DNA of 34,789 bases from an uncultured Clostridia bacterium (GTDB lineage Bacteria; Bacillota; Clostridia; Oscillospirales; Acutalibacteraceae), in the NCBI GenBank assembly GCA_947165115.1, contig CAMUZD010000001.1:1-34789 (forward strand), in the 5' to 3' direction. Below, piece by piece: positions 16,564-26,273 of the stretch; the stretch's first letter is position 1, and every line of letters starts with the position of its first letter. The notes beneath the pieces were generated by a model. That model was not told where the DNA came from. It worked only from the letters and a program-made list of their open reading frames with translations, and did not search any database. The translations under genes and the position numbers were made by a program.

Positions 16564-19500
16564 TTGATCCTCCAAATCATATCATAAAACTTTAAAGCTG
16601 CATTTGAATCATGCCCAATATCAATAAGGTCCGTGCGGTTATTCAAAAATTTTATCATATATTCTCCAAATCCTTCAAATGCAGCATATTCGCTATAATT
16701 ATTTATTATTGTATTCTTATTATAATCTGTTGCATAGTAAACAACTGCATGAGCAAATATTTCTTGTGGTGTTGCGCCAAATTTAGAAGGCAAATATGAT
16801 GCAACAATTATACAAACTTTTTTGTTTTGAAAAGACCTACAAACTTCAAAATGTAAAGCATCATTTTTGTTTTTATCTTCATTTACAAACACTCCATTAT
16901 CGGCATCATTTTCTAATTTAAAAAGTAAATAATACCTTGAGAAAAAAATTATAGTAGCTATATATGTGTAATCTCCAACATCATAAACATTTTCATATAA
17001 TTCTTGGATGCTTGAAGGTGAAACGCCTGATAAAATCAAGAGAACATCTCCAAATGTCTTAAAGAAAACTTTCAAAGAGTCGTTTGTTATATTTGCTTCA
17101 TATGCCTTTCCCTTCGGATCCACAAACATCACAGGATTATTCAGACAATATGCAAACATATTGGTTGAATTTATGTGGTCACCGGCAACAAGGTAAGCAT
17201 CAGCAGAAATAAATCTGCTTGTACCCGGGTCATACCAGCGGCTCTGGAGATAATACAGTTTAGTCTCCGAGTCATAATAGTATCCTCTGTATCTCAGCGA
17301 GTTATAGTATCCGACAGTTGAGGCGAGAGTTCCTGTTCTGGATACCGGTTTGCCCCAGGCATCATAGGCATAATTTACTACAACATCACCGTTTGAATCA
17401 CAAATGCCGACAACATCACCCTGAATATTCAGAATGTAATAATAGAGAGTGTTGTTGTATTTTAATGCATAAGGTCTTCCGTCTGCGCCGTAATAATAGA
17501 ATATATCGATTGAGGTATACTTTTCCCTTACAAGCTGTGTGCCGGAATAGTAATAGTTAGTTACCATACCGAAAACATCTCTGGATGTCCTGAGACCGTT
17601 ATGATCATAAGTATAGGTAACATCGTAACCGTTGTAACCGACAGTAGTGAGTCTGTTCCTGTCCCAGGTCATTGCATGTCCGCGGTAAGATGTCGGATTG
17701 CCGTTGGCATCATATGCTATCGTATCATTACCGAACTGCGTTACACCGTTTTTCCAGTTGTTATTTGTGTATGAATATGAAATGCTGTCAGAGAGCGTAC
17801 TCGGATATATAGTACCCGTTGTATACCAGTAGCTGTCTTTTGACAGTATGTCGCCGTTTACATCATAGGTATAAACGGAGGTTTCGTATGAATAATAATT
17901 GTCTTCTCTGACAAGACGGTTCAATTCATCATAATGATACCCGATTTTCTGATTGCCGTTTTCATATACCTTGGTTATGTTGCCGTTGCTGTCATAATCA
18001 TAACTCAGGGTAGGATAGAGCTGCGATGTAACTCCGCCGATGGTTTTATTGTAACTTACAGCATCAATCCTTCCTGTCTGATTGCTGCCGTTGGCCTCAT
18101 ATGTATATGAGTTTGATACAGAGTCAGTTGTTCCGATTGTTCCTGTTGATGATGTCAGCCGGTTCAATCCGTCATATGAATAGGAAATGTCGCTGCCGAT
18201 TGTTTCAAGCGAAGTTCCCGAAACTCTGTTTTTGGTATCATATGAATATGACTGCTCGTTTATAACTTCGTTATTGTCAGTAATCACGGATTTAACGGGT
18301 CTGCTCTGAGCGTCATAGGCAAACGCACTGTTTTTACCGTCGCTCTTAGATATGCCGACAGTTCTTCCCGCAGGATCATAGAGATAGGATGTAGTTACAT
18401 CATTTTCGGCATCATATACTTCGGTAAGAGCATCGTTATCGTTATACTTGTATGTATATGTGAGATTGCCGTCGTATGATGTAGATGTAAGTCTGTCTTT
18501 ATCATCATATGTATGGGTGGAATATGTGCCGTCGGCAGAATCCACTCTTGAAACAGTGCTGTCAGAATTGTAGGTTAACTCGGTAAGCGTATTTGAGCCG
18601 TTTGTTATGGTGTCGCTTCTGCCGTATAAGTCATAAGTGAAACCATATGATATATCGGTATTGGAAATGTTTGTAAGTCTGTTTATACCATCATACTGAT
18701 AATTGACCTGAGCGACATCATTGCCGACATCGGCATATATGCTGCTGATCAAATCACTGCTGTTGTATGAGTAATTTGTTTCATTGCCGTTAGGGTCGGT
18801 TACCTTGGTAAGATTACCCGAACTTGCATCATACGCATATGATGTGACTGCGCCCGATGAATCGGTTACGCTTGTTAAATAGTTGTTATCAGATGAATAT
18901 GCGTATGAGGTTGTTGCCGACAGGTTATCGCTTCCGGTTACGGTAGCGGTTACAGGCAGGCCTTTATTGGGCGAGGGATATGTGTATGATGTGGTAATTC
19001 CGCTGACTGAATCCGATGCGGTGAGGATATTATGGTTGTTATCATAGGTATAAGTCACATTACCCAATGTGACATTATTGGATATCTGCTGAATGCCGGA
19101 AACATCGTGAGTGGTGCCGTTATATGAAATTTGCTTTGAGTTTCCGATACCGTCAGAAACGGCGGTTACCTGACGGTTGTTATTGTAATCATAATTATAC
19201 CCGTAAACCACGCCTTTGTAAAGGAACAAATCTTTAAAAGAAGCCGAGGATGCCTGTTTGTCATTATGAAGTTCTATTCTTACCGAATCAAAACTATAGT
19301 TCGAATGAATTTTTGTTAAAACATGATTCCATTCTTCCGTGTTAGGATCACCCGGCAAAGAAACAATCTCTCTGTCAGAACCGCCAGATATGAATACAAT
19401 CTTTACACCGTAATATGAGTCAGAACCCAAAGGGAATGATTTTGATTTTTCAGAAATACCAAATACAAATTCTTCACCGGCATTCCCTTTCAAAGGAAAT

Positions 19501-22500
19501 GTTTCTTTTAAAATCTGTGTATAAGTTAATGTAGCTCCGACAGTTGCGCGGCCATCATATGTTGTCCAGTTACCACCGTCTGTTTGCCAGTAATTTGAAA
19601 CTGAGTTGTTAACATTTTTGAATCCGGGATCCGGAATCATATTATACGATTTAATTGTATTTCCCTCAATTGCTTGTGCAATATCGCAGTAAACAGTTCC
19701 GGTAAAATCTTCAAACACTAGATATACACTGACTGTTGACTGGCCTGCAGGAACCGTAATTGAAGTGCTTAACGGCATCCACGAATTGGCTGTAGTTGTT
19801 ATGGCAGGGCTGGTAGACTCAGCACTTCCCGAAACAAGCTTCAGATATACTTTTCCGCTCTGAAGAGTATCAATAATATTAAGTTCAACACTGACAGAAT
19901 ATGTATTACCGGGGGTTGCCGTAAAACCTTCAGGCCATGAGCCCGGCCTGAAAGAACCCCATGAACCGTTTCCGGTTATCTTTTTGGCAGTAGGATAATT
20001 GTTTGTTCTTTCCGTACTCAAAGTAGATGACAGAGTCGACGGTGAAGAATACAAAGACCAGTTTTTCATCTGCCTGTTATCTCTGGAAAAAAGATTATCA
20101 TTTCCCGAAAACGGATTTGACTTGTATGATACAGTGTTATTCAGATTCCCGTTATTGTTGTAACCTATTTTTGAAGTGTTGCCTTTTGATGTATAAGAAA
20201 CCGGTCTTCCTAACCAATCATAATCTATACTGACAGAATCATCATGATTGTTCTGAACTAACGATTGGAATGTATAGTATGTGAAATTCAGTTTATCATT
20301 ATAACTGCCGGAATTGTTTTCACCATATACAGTCACGGACTTCATTTTTGTATACAGATTTGTATATAAATACAGTGTGTCAAATTCAATTACCCATCTG
20401 GCATTCACGTTATTCTTTATCTCATTCAGATAACTGTTTGAATATGACAGGTAAGTGTGCTTTCCGTCGGGATAAGTTATACCCGTCAAAAATACTCCTG
20501 TATAGGTATAGCTTGTTTCCCTGCCGGCATTGTCGGTGATTTTGGTAAGGTAGTTGTTTGAATCATATGTAAATGATATAGTCTGATTTGCTCCGCTTGT
20601 CACCTGTGCTATCTGATTATTGGTATATGTAATCTGAATGGTATTGTTATTTGTATCCTTTATCTCAGTTAAGAAACCGCTTGAATTGAAAGTTTTTGTT
20701 GCTCCGTTTAAATATGTCAGCCTGTATCCGCCGCTGATTGTTGTATATATTGTTGTGGGATCATCCTCGACTCGGTATGCGCTGTCTTTCCATACTATTT
20801 TATGCTCAGTTCCATCCGCATCCAGATATGTGCTTGAAGATATTTTCTCGATAAGATTAAGCTTGAAGCCCCTGCCGAAATTCATATTGCCGTAGTTTAC
20901 GTTATACATATCGGGACTTCCGTAGATATGAGAAACACCGACGGGCAGAACAAGTCCGCTCGTTGCAGCGTCATTATGAACATAGTAATACGCGCCGTTA
21001 TATGTATTGGTATAGAGCGTTCCGCTTCTGCCCATATCTACTGTCTGAAAATCCCAGTAATCTTCTAATCCAATATTAGTGTTGTAGTACAGAGTTACAT
21101 AAGGAGTATGTGACGAAGCTTCCGATGAATAGAACGACGGCTGGCAGTTTTTATTCTCGTTGCTGGTGGAAATCATAAAGCCGTTATTGTTACTGCTATG
21201 GTTATACCAATACCGTACTTTACTGGTAATATCGACACTGTATAGATGATTACTGCCACTTTTTCCTTCGATGGAGGCCAGAACAGGTGTGCCATCGGTC
21301 TGAGGACCGTTTTTTGTAGTGGACAGCGGCTGATTATTCCAGGTGATTCCGCTTTCTGTCCATGATGAATAACCTGTTAAATCGAACAGTTTTATATATT
21401 TAACATCGTCGCTGAATGAATATGACAGGCTTTTCTGCGTGAAATTCAAACTGGCATGCCAAATTATTGTGTTATCGGGCATACCCGGAAGCGTAAACTT
21501 CATATATGACCTTCTGAGACTAAGAAAACCGTTGCCCGAGTAAAGAGTATCCTCATTGCCGTAGTTTGTAGTATTCTGCAGATATCTGACCGAAGCATCG
21601 ATAAAACTGCTCGATGAGATATTTACAGTTGGATCGATTCTTACCGGAAACTCTCTTTTATTGCTGTTTATCCATTTGGCATTTGCAGTAACGGTCAGGA
21701 TATTGTCTTCAAGTTTCATTTCCACTTCATCGCTATATTCGCCGTTTGCGTCAACCATATACGGTGCCGCGAATGTATATATGGCTTCCTCATCGTCTTC
21801 GGATTTGAAGAAACCGATCGAGCCGTCATCATTTATTACAGGAATCAGATCGCCGTAATTGAGTTCAAACTTATATTCATAATTATCATGTTTGCTGTTT
21901 ACGACTATATCTTCCTTTATTTTTGAGGAGCTGACCGTATATTCCAAATCTGCACCGTTAAGTGCAGCCTTATATTCAACTTTAGAGGCAGAAGTTTTTG
22001 ATTCTATAGTTTCAGCATTAGCTATTTTGATTACCGAAGTATCTTCCCCGTAATCCACAACATCTTTTGCGGCATCTGTTACAACTGTTTTTTCACTTTT
22101 ATTATCTTTTCCCGAAAGGACACTCATACTGAAATCATAACCGTCTTTTGAAAACTCAATTTTGCTGCCGTTTTCAATAGTCTGAGGCAATCTCAGATCA
22201 ATACCCGAAGCTTTGGGTGAATATGCTCCGTCTTTAAAGACAAGAGAATTATCGATTTCTTTCCAAGCGCCGTCTGAATCCTGATAATGAACGGGTTCGG
22301 AATACACAACAGCAACATTTGCACCGTTTTCGAGACTGAAATGCTTTACATTCTCCTCACGCAATCCCTCTATCTCGCCGCTAATACGGGAATCGCCGTC
22401 GTAAAACGTCTTGATTTCCTGCTCATCGACGACATTGCTTTCACTCTCAGCTACATTTGACGCAAAGCCCACCACGCCGGTCTGGAACACCATAACCAGT

Positions 22501-22547
22501 GTTAGAAGGATTGATAGGGCTTTAAGAGTAATTTTCATTACTTTCAT
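16560..22547 (-). CDS. Secreted WapA-like Rhs/YD polymorphic toxin (Rhs2) with DNRLRE-like domain, probable carbohydrate-binding-like inserts, Rhs core and C-terminal tip
   Basis: Signal peptide; FPVRIDP; TNYG...RSYMKF...VDITSKVRYW...NNGFMI; many YD repeats; YDAWG, YRGYYYDSETKLYYLQSRWYDP, NNPVMFVDPKG cleavage motif; GGAG SD. Confidence 0.93.
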   Translation of the reverse strand: MKVMKITLKALSILLTLVMVFQTGVVGFASNVAESESNVVDEQEIKTFYDGDSRISGEIEGLREENVKHFSLENGANVAVVYSEPVHYQDSDGAWKEIDNSLVFKDGAYSPKASGIDLRLPQTIENGSKIEFSKDGYDFSMSVLSGKDNKSEKTVVTDAAKDVVDYGEDTSVIKIANAETIESKTSASKVEYKAALNGADLEYTVSSSKIKEDIVVNSKHDNYEYKFELNYGDLIPVINDDGSIGFFKSEDDEEAIYTFAAPYMVDANGEYSDEVEMKLEDNILTVTANAKWINSNKREFPVRIDPTVNISSSSFIDASVRYLQNTTNYGNEDTLYSGNGFLSLRRSYMKFTLPGMPDNTIIWHASLNFTQKSLSYSFSDDVKYIKLFDLTGYSSWTESGITWNNQPLSTTKNGPQTDGTPVLASIEGKSGSNHLYSVDITSKVRYWYNHSSNNNGFMISTSNENKNCQPSFYSSEASSHTPYVTLYYNTNIGLEDYWDFQTVDMGRSGTLYTNTYNGAYYYVHNDAATSGLVLPVGVSHIYGSPDMYNVNYGNMNFGRGFKLNLIEKISSSTYLDADGTEHKIVWKDSAYRVEDDPTTIYTTISGGYRLTYLNGATKTFNSSGFLTEIKDTNNNTIQITYTNNQIAQVTSGANQTISFTYDSNNYLTKITDNAGRETSYTYTGVFLTGITYPDGKHTYLSYSNSYLNEIKNNVNARWVIEFDTLYLYTNLYTKMKSVTVYGENNSGSYNDKLNFTYYTFQSLVQNNHDDSVSIDYDWLGRPVSYTSKGNTSKIGYNNNGNLNNTVSYKSNPFSGNDNLFSRDNRQMKNWSLYSSPSTLSSTLSTERTNNYPTAKKITGNGSWGSFRPGSWPEGFTATPGNTYSVSVELNIIDTLQSGKVYLKLVSGSAESTSPAITTTANSWMPLSTSITVPAGQSTVSVYLVFEDFTGTVYCDIAQAIEGNTIKSYNMIPDPGFKNVNNSVSNYWQTDGGNWTTYDGRATVGATLTYTQILKETFPLKGNAGEEFVFGISEKSKSFPLGSDSYYGVKIVFISGGSDREIVSLPGDPNTEEWNHVLTKIHSNYSFDSVRIELHNDKQASSASFKDLFLYKGVVYGYNYDYNNNRQVTAVSDGIGNSKQISYNGTTHDVSGIQQISNNVTLGNVTYTYDNNHNILTASDSVSGITTSYTYPSPNKGLPVTATVTGSDNLSATTSYAYSSDNNYLTSVTDSSGAVTSYAYDASSGNLTKVTDPNGNETNYSYNSSDLISSIYADVGNDVAQVNYQYDGINRLTNISNTDISYGFTYDLYGRSDTITNGSNTLTELTYNSDSTVSRVDSADGTYSTHTYDDKDRLTSTSYDGNLTYTYKYNDNDALTEVYDAENDVTTSYLYDPAGRTVGISKSDGKNSAFAYDAQSRPVKSVITDNNEVINEQSYSYDTKNRVSGTSLETIGSDISYSYDGLNRLTSSTGTIGTTDSVSNSYTYEANGSNQTGRIDAVSYNKTIGGVTSQLYPTLSYDYDSNGNITKVYENGNQKIGYHYDELNRLVREDNYYSYETSVYTYDVNGDILSKDSYWYTTGTIYPSTLSDSISYSYTNNNWKNGVTQFGNDTIAYDANGNPTSYRGHAMTWDRNRLTTVGYNGYDVTYTYDHNGLRTSRDVFGMVTNYYYSGTQLVREKYTSIDIFYYYGADGRPYALKYNNTLYYYILNIQGDVVGICDSNGDVVVNYAYDAWGKPVSRTGTLASTVGYYNSLRYRGYYYDSETKLYYLQSRWYDPGTSRFISADAYLVAGDHINSTNMFAYCLNNPVMFVDPKGKAYEANITNDSLKVFFKTFGDVLLILSGVSPSSIQELYENVYDVGDYTYIATIIFFSRYYLLFKLENDADNGVFVNEDKNKNDALHFEVCRSFQNKKVCIIVASYLPSKFGATPQEIFAHAVVYYATDYNKNTIINNYSEYAAFEGFGEYMIKFLNNRTDLIDIGHDSNAALKFYDMIWRIK

Positions 22548-22862
22548 GTTTTCTTCTCCAATCTTTACTTAGTTTTTAGATATGTGTGCTTACTCCGTTA
22601 ACACAAGCGCACGATAATCAAATTGCTATTTTAGTATTAATATACTAGCTATAAGCATACAGTGAAGTGCTTCAGCATCTTAAAAAACGCTTATAGTTTA
22701 GTGAATTCTTGTTTTAATAATCTTTGGAAAGATATTGTATTCTATGCCATAATTAACTAGATACTTGAAGGATGTATTTACTCTTAATTATTATACTAAC
22801 GAGAAAGAAGATGGGTTGCTATATGTTTACTTTTAACTCGTTGTTATATCTATAAAGCAATG

Positions 22863-22888
22863 TTTTTATTGTTGAACAACAATAAAAA
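22863..22888. promoter_or_regulatory. Perfect 12-bp dyad (operator-like) in the Rhs2 upstream region
   Basis: TTTTTATTGTTG-AA-CAACAATAAAAA; the 2-nt centre fits a protein-binding palindrome better than an RNA hairpin. Confidence 0.4.
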
Positions 22889-22910
22889 TGAATAAATGGT
22901 TAATTAATGT

Positions 22911-22949
22911 AAACTGAATTCTGCAATATCCAAATGCAGAATTCAGTTT
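22911..22949 (-). terminator. Probable terminator of the NlpC/ricin gene
   Basis: AAACTGAATTCTGCA-9nt-TGCAGAATTCAGTTT, about 30 bp after the stop at 22979. Confidence 0.65.
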
Positions 22950-22978
22950 ATTCACATATGATAAATTGTTTTTCTCTT

Positions 22979-24028
22979 TTAAGCTGGAATAAAAAACCAG
23001 TATTGATAATTTGTACTAGAATCACTATAAAGATTGATGGGAACGCCATTATTTGAATTGTTATATTGAGGTTTTATCACCTTGGAATACCCAGAACCAT
23101 AACTGGCTATTTTATATGCGCCCTTAGAATTTTGATAAATTTTAAACTTTTGTGAATTTAAGTATCCATTGTTAGGAACCGTCCAAATTTGAACCGGTGT
23201 ACCTACTACATTTAGATTGTTTTGAACTTCAATTGCAGAATTGAGAGCATTTTGAGGTATAAAAGAATAACAATAGTCAAGTATATTATAATCTATTCTG
23301 AATTTCTGGTTGCTAGCCCTCACATAAGACCATTGCTGAACAATAGTTCCATCACTTGAACTAGGTCCACAAATATCCAAAACCTTCCCATTTCCATAAT
23401 TTAGCGCATATACAATCTTATATTTAGGTTGCCACTCTATCATATAGATTTGTGCTTGGTCTTCCGGAGTTATTAGCGTTCCCGAATGATGATTCTTATT
23501 AGAACTTCCTCTTTTTGAAATATCCCAATAATTATCGTTGCCATATATTCTTATACCGTTGTATTCATAGCTATATTCAACAACACCATCACATCTTGAA
23601 AAAGTAATATCTTCCGGCTGAACTTTTATGTTGCTTCCTGAACTATAATTGATCTGTTGCAAAATAGTATATGTTATGTTTTGATTGGCTAAAGCTTGTG
23701 CAGTCGCAACTATATCATTTCTTTTGTCAGATGATGGTATGCCTGAAAAAGGATAATAAAAGCCCTTAAACACTTTTTCGCCAGGAATAAAACTATCCCA
23801 TGTACCATATCGCACAGTATTAAATATATTAGATGCTTGAACAACCGCATTTGTATTTTTAGGATGCTCGTAATTCATAAGTGCTGCATGCCAATGCTCC
23901 CCAACTGCTTGATCTCTATATACGGCATATCCTTCAAAACCTTTTGCTGCGTATGATAAGGTCGAAAAAGAGATGACCGTCACGATAAACAAAGCGATAA
24001 TTAATATTGGTTTTATTGTTTTATTCAT
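22979..24028 (-). CDS. Secreted protein: permuted papain-like (NlpC/P60, YiiX-type) domain plus C-terminal ricin-B lectin domain
   Basis: Signal peptide ending SYA; His-before-Cys order (HWHAAL ... FSRCDGVVEYSYE ... ITP); ricin repeats GKVLDI...VQQW...NQKF, VQIW...SQKF, YQYW; AGGAG SD. Confidence 0.75.
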   Translation of the reverse strand: MNKTIKPILIIALFIVTVISFSTLSYAAKGFEGYAVYRDQAVGEHWHAALMNYEHPKNTNAVVQASNIFNTVRYGTWDSFIPGEKVFKGFYYPFSGIPSSDKRNDIVATAQALANQNITYTILQQINYSSGSNIKVQPEDITFSRCDGVVEYSYEYNGIRIYGNDNYWDISKRGSSNKNHHSGTLITPEDQAQIYMIEWQPKYKIVYALNYGNGKVLDICGPSSSDGTIVQQWSYVRASNQKFRIDYNILDYCYSFIPQNALNSAIEVQNNLNVVGTPVQIWTVPNNGYLNSQKFKIYQNSKGAYKIASYGSGYSKVIKPQYNNSNNGVPINLYSDSSTNYQYWFFIPA

Positions 24029-24044
24029 TTAAACACTCCTAATT

Positions 24045-25109
24045 CTAGTCAAGGTCAAAACTTTTATTTGCTGGCTCTGCGGTTTTAGATAACACTATCG
24101 TTAAGTCGTAATTATTTTCAGTTTTTTCTATGGCCTTTTTAAGCTCATATATTGTTTCACTAATCGGGCGTATTTCCATCGCTTTTATTGCCGTTTTAAT
24201 GACTTTATCTGTAGGCTCTTTTGATAAGGCATCAATTATGGTTTTATAGTTTTTTGAAATTGCTGCGCTTTTCATAGTTTCTTCTACCAAATCACTTTCA
24301 ATCAGATATGACAACGCTCCAATATATCTCATATCTGACAGTGAAATGATAATAGTAGATGTTAGACTATAGTCGTTTGATTGTACGCTTTTATTCAATT
24401 CGTTATTACAGTAAGAAACCCATCTGTTCTTCTTTTTTTCATCGCTTGATTTTCTAAGATCCTGAGATATTACCATTATAGCAATTCTTTTTCTCTCGCC
24501 TTCTATATTGTTTTTCAAGAAATCATTTGCTATCATCACAGCTTTCTTTGAATCGTCCATGTTTAGTCTTCTAAGAGCTTGGAATGCTAACCCATCATTA
24601 TTACCAAGTGCAATGTATTCCATAAGTTTATTTGTTGCGGAACTATGAGGCAATATCCATATAATATTTTGAAGAATACTTTCACTTTCTTCTTGTTTTT
24701 TTAATATACTATGCAAATCAGATAAACTATCACTGTCAAGCGCAACTTCATTGTATTCAAGTATTTGTAAAAGAATAATCCTAAGGTTCTCACTATTGCT
24801 AGTATCGGTGATCATTTCCACTAGCTGGTTTGATTCATAATCCTTAGATTTTTGGGAAAGAACTGATGCATGTGTAATGAAATCGGATAATTCCGCTCCT
24901 TCTTCACTAAGATCATTTACTTCTTGACATATTTCTTCAAACGACATATTTGTTATTGTATTTGCGATCTCAGCTGATGATTCATTATTGTATTTGATTT
25001 TTGAGTTTTTCACAATAGGTGATGAAAAAACAATAGTCATAGTTAACAATGATACAATTATAATTGCTAGTGCAGAAACGAATATTTTTTTACTGTAGTT
25101 TCTTTTCAT
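24045..25109 (-). CDS. Exported or membrane-anchored helical (HEAT-like) hypothetical protein
   Basis: N-terminal hydrophobic segment, amphipathic helical repeats; AGGAG SD; 16 bp before the NlpC/ricin gene. Confidence 0.7.
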   Translation of the reverse strand: MKRNYSKKIFVSALAIIIVSLLTMTIVFSSPIVKNSKIKYNNESSAEIANTITNMSFEEICQEVNDLSEEGAELSDFITHASVLSQKSKDYESNQLVEMITDTSNSENLRIILLQILEYNEVALDSDSLSDLHSILKKQEESESILQNIIWILPHSSATNKLMEYIALGNNDGLAFQALRRLNMDDSKKAVMIANDFLKNNIEGERKRIAIMVISQDLRKSSDEKKKNRWVSYCNNELNKSVQSNDYSLTSTIIISLSDMRYIGALSYLIESDLVEETMKSAAISKNYKTIIDALSKEPTDKVIKTAIKAMEIRPISETIYELKKAIEKTENNYDLTIVLSKTAEPANKSFDLD

Positions 25110-25248
25110 ATTTACTCCTATTAAATGATTAATCTATTGGTGCTTATATATAAAGAATACTCTTATTGTCATTTAAAAGTTAGACATACACTAATAAAAC
25201 TGTGATTATTAATTATTTTATAATAACCTTAATCTTGTTTGCATTTTA

Positions 25249-25797
25249 TCATTCTTGAATATATAAATCGTAATATAATGGAATACAGCCATCTTTTAAA
25301 CTACAAAACTTCGAACTACCTAATTCCTTAAATCCATGTCTTTTAAAAAAGCTTGTCGTACTTTTGTATGAAGTCAAAGTGATCTTACCTGCTCTGAAAT
25401 ACTTGTCAGATAAACCTTGTATGGTTTCAATTATATCGTCAAATAATAAGTCACTTAATTTTTGCGAACTATCTTGGCCATATGGCATATGTTGATAATC
25501 CTTTGAAATTGCAAAATACTTGATATCAACGGTAGGAACTTTTTCTTTAACTGCAAAAGTATTCTCATCACAAATTTCAATTGATGAACAAGACAAGGTT
25601 ACAAAAGCGATTATTTCACCCGAATTAGCATCTATATAAACAAATGTATTTGAAAATACGTCATCAAAAGACTGTTCCTTCAAATACTTATTGATTCTTT
25701 TGTTTCCGCAATCAAAGCTTTCATAGTGAATATCTTTTTTGGTGTGTTCGTTAAACAATTGAAATGTAACTATCTTAATGCTTTTTCTATATCTCAT
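25249..25797 (-). CDS. GNAT acetyltransferase, TacT/AtaT-like toxin candidate
   Basis: SFDCGNKRINKYLK (FxCG...xNxYL signature), IIAFVTL, IKYFAISKDYQ, FFKRHGF; GAGGTG SD; abuts the upstream small ORF. Confidence 0.8.
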   Translation of the reverse strand: MRYRKSIKIVTFQLFNEHTKKDIHYESFDCGNKRINKYLKEQSFDDVFSNTFVYIDANSGEIIAFVTLSCSSIEICDENTFAVKEKVPTVDIKYFAISKDYQHMPYGQDSSQKLSDLLFDDIIETIQGLSDKYFRAGKITLTSYKSTTSFFKRHGFKELGSSKFCSLKDGCIPLYYDLYIQE

Positions 25798-25977
25798 TCA
25801 CTTAACCACCTCGTTTTTATACTTTGAGAAACTGACTCCATTATTTTTTCTTAACATTTTTGAATTACTGCGAACTAACATTTGCTGTTGCTTTGAAGTT
25901 CTGCTACAAATAATTGTATTCCGATTATTATTTCCAATTACATAATTACACCCTTTAGGTTTGGTTAATACTGCCAT
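25798..25977 (-). CDS. Small basic protein (59 aa), putative antitoxin of the GNAT
   Basis: AAGGAG SD before ATG 25977 (MAVLTKPKG...); its stop is directly adjacent to the GNAT ATG. Confidence 0.6.
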   Translation of the reverse strand: MAVLTKPKGCNYVIGNNNRNTIICSRTSKQQQMLVRSNSKMLRKNNGVSFSKYKNEVVK

Positions 25978-26046
25978 TTCTTTACTCCTTTTATAATTGA
26001 TTAATAACAATTTCTTAAAATCATTAGAATTGCAGATAACTTGGGG

Positions 26047-26273
26047 GCGTGAACGCCGCCGGCATAAGCTCGAATAATGCTGAATAAGACATAGAAAACT
26101 AAGCTTTCAAGAACAATGTTCAAAATCACTCCAAATATCAGTGATATGATGAGGAACAACAGTTTTGAAATCAATATATAGAATCCATATGCATAAAGTT
26201 CAACATCTTCATTCTGTATAACAGAAGAACGAGCCAAACCGACGGCGATACACTCTGACAATTTACTTAACAG
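26047..26273 (-). pseudogene. agrB: Truncated agrB (5' part only, ending at GGVHA; start position is CTG)
   Basis: Near-identical to 12174-12400, then abruptly unrelated sequence (frame stops at 26001); lacks the catalytic Cys and C-terminal helices. Confidence 0.88.

Noticed and set aside
15549-17703. Rhs2/orphan repeats or agrD copies as diversity-generating retroelement template and variable regions
   Set aside because: No reverse transcriptase in the window, and the differences are not adenine-specific.
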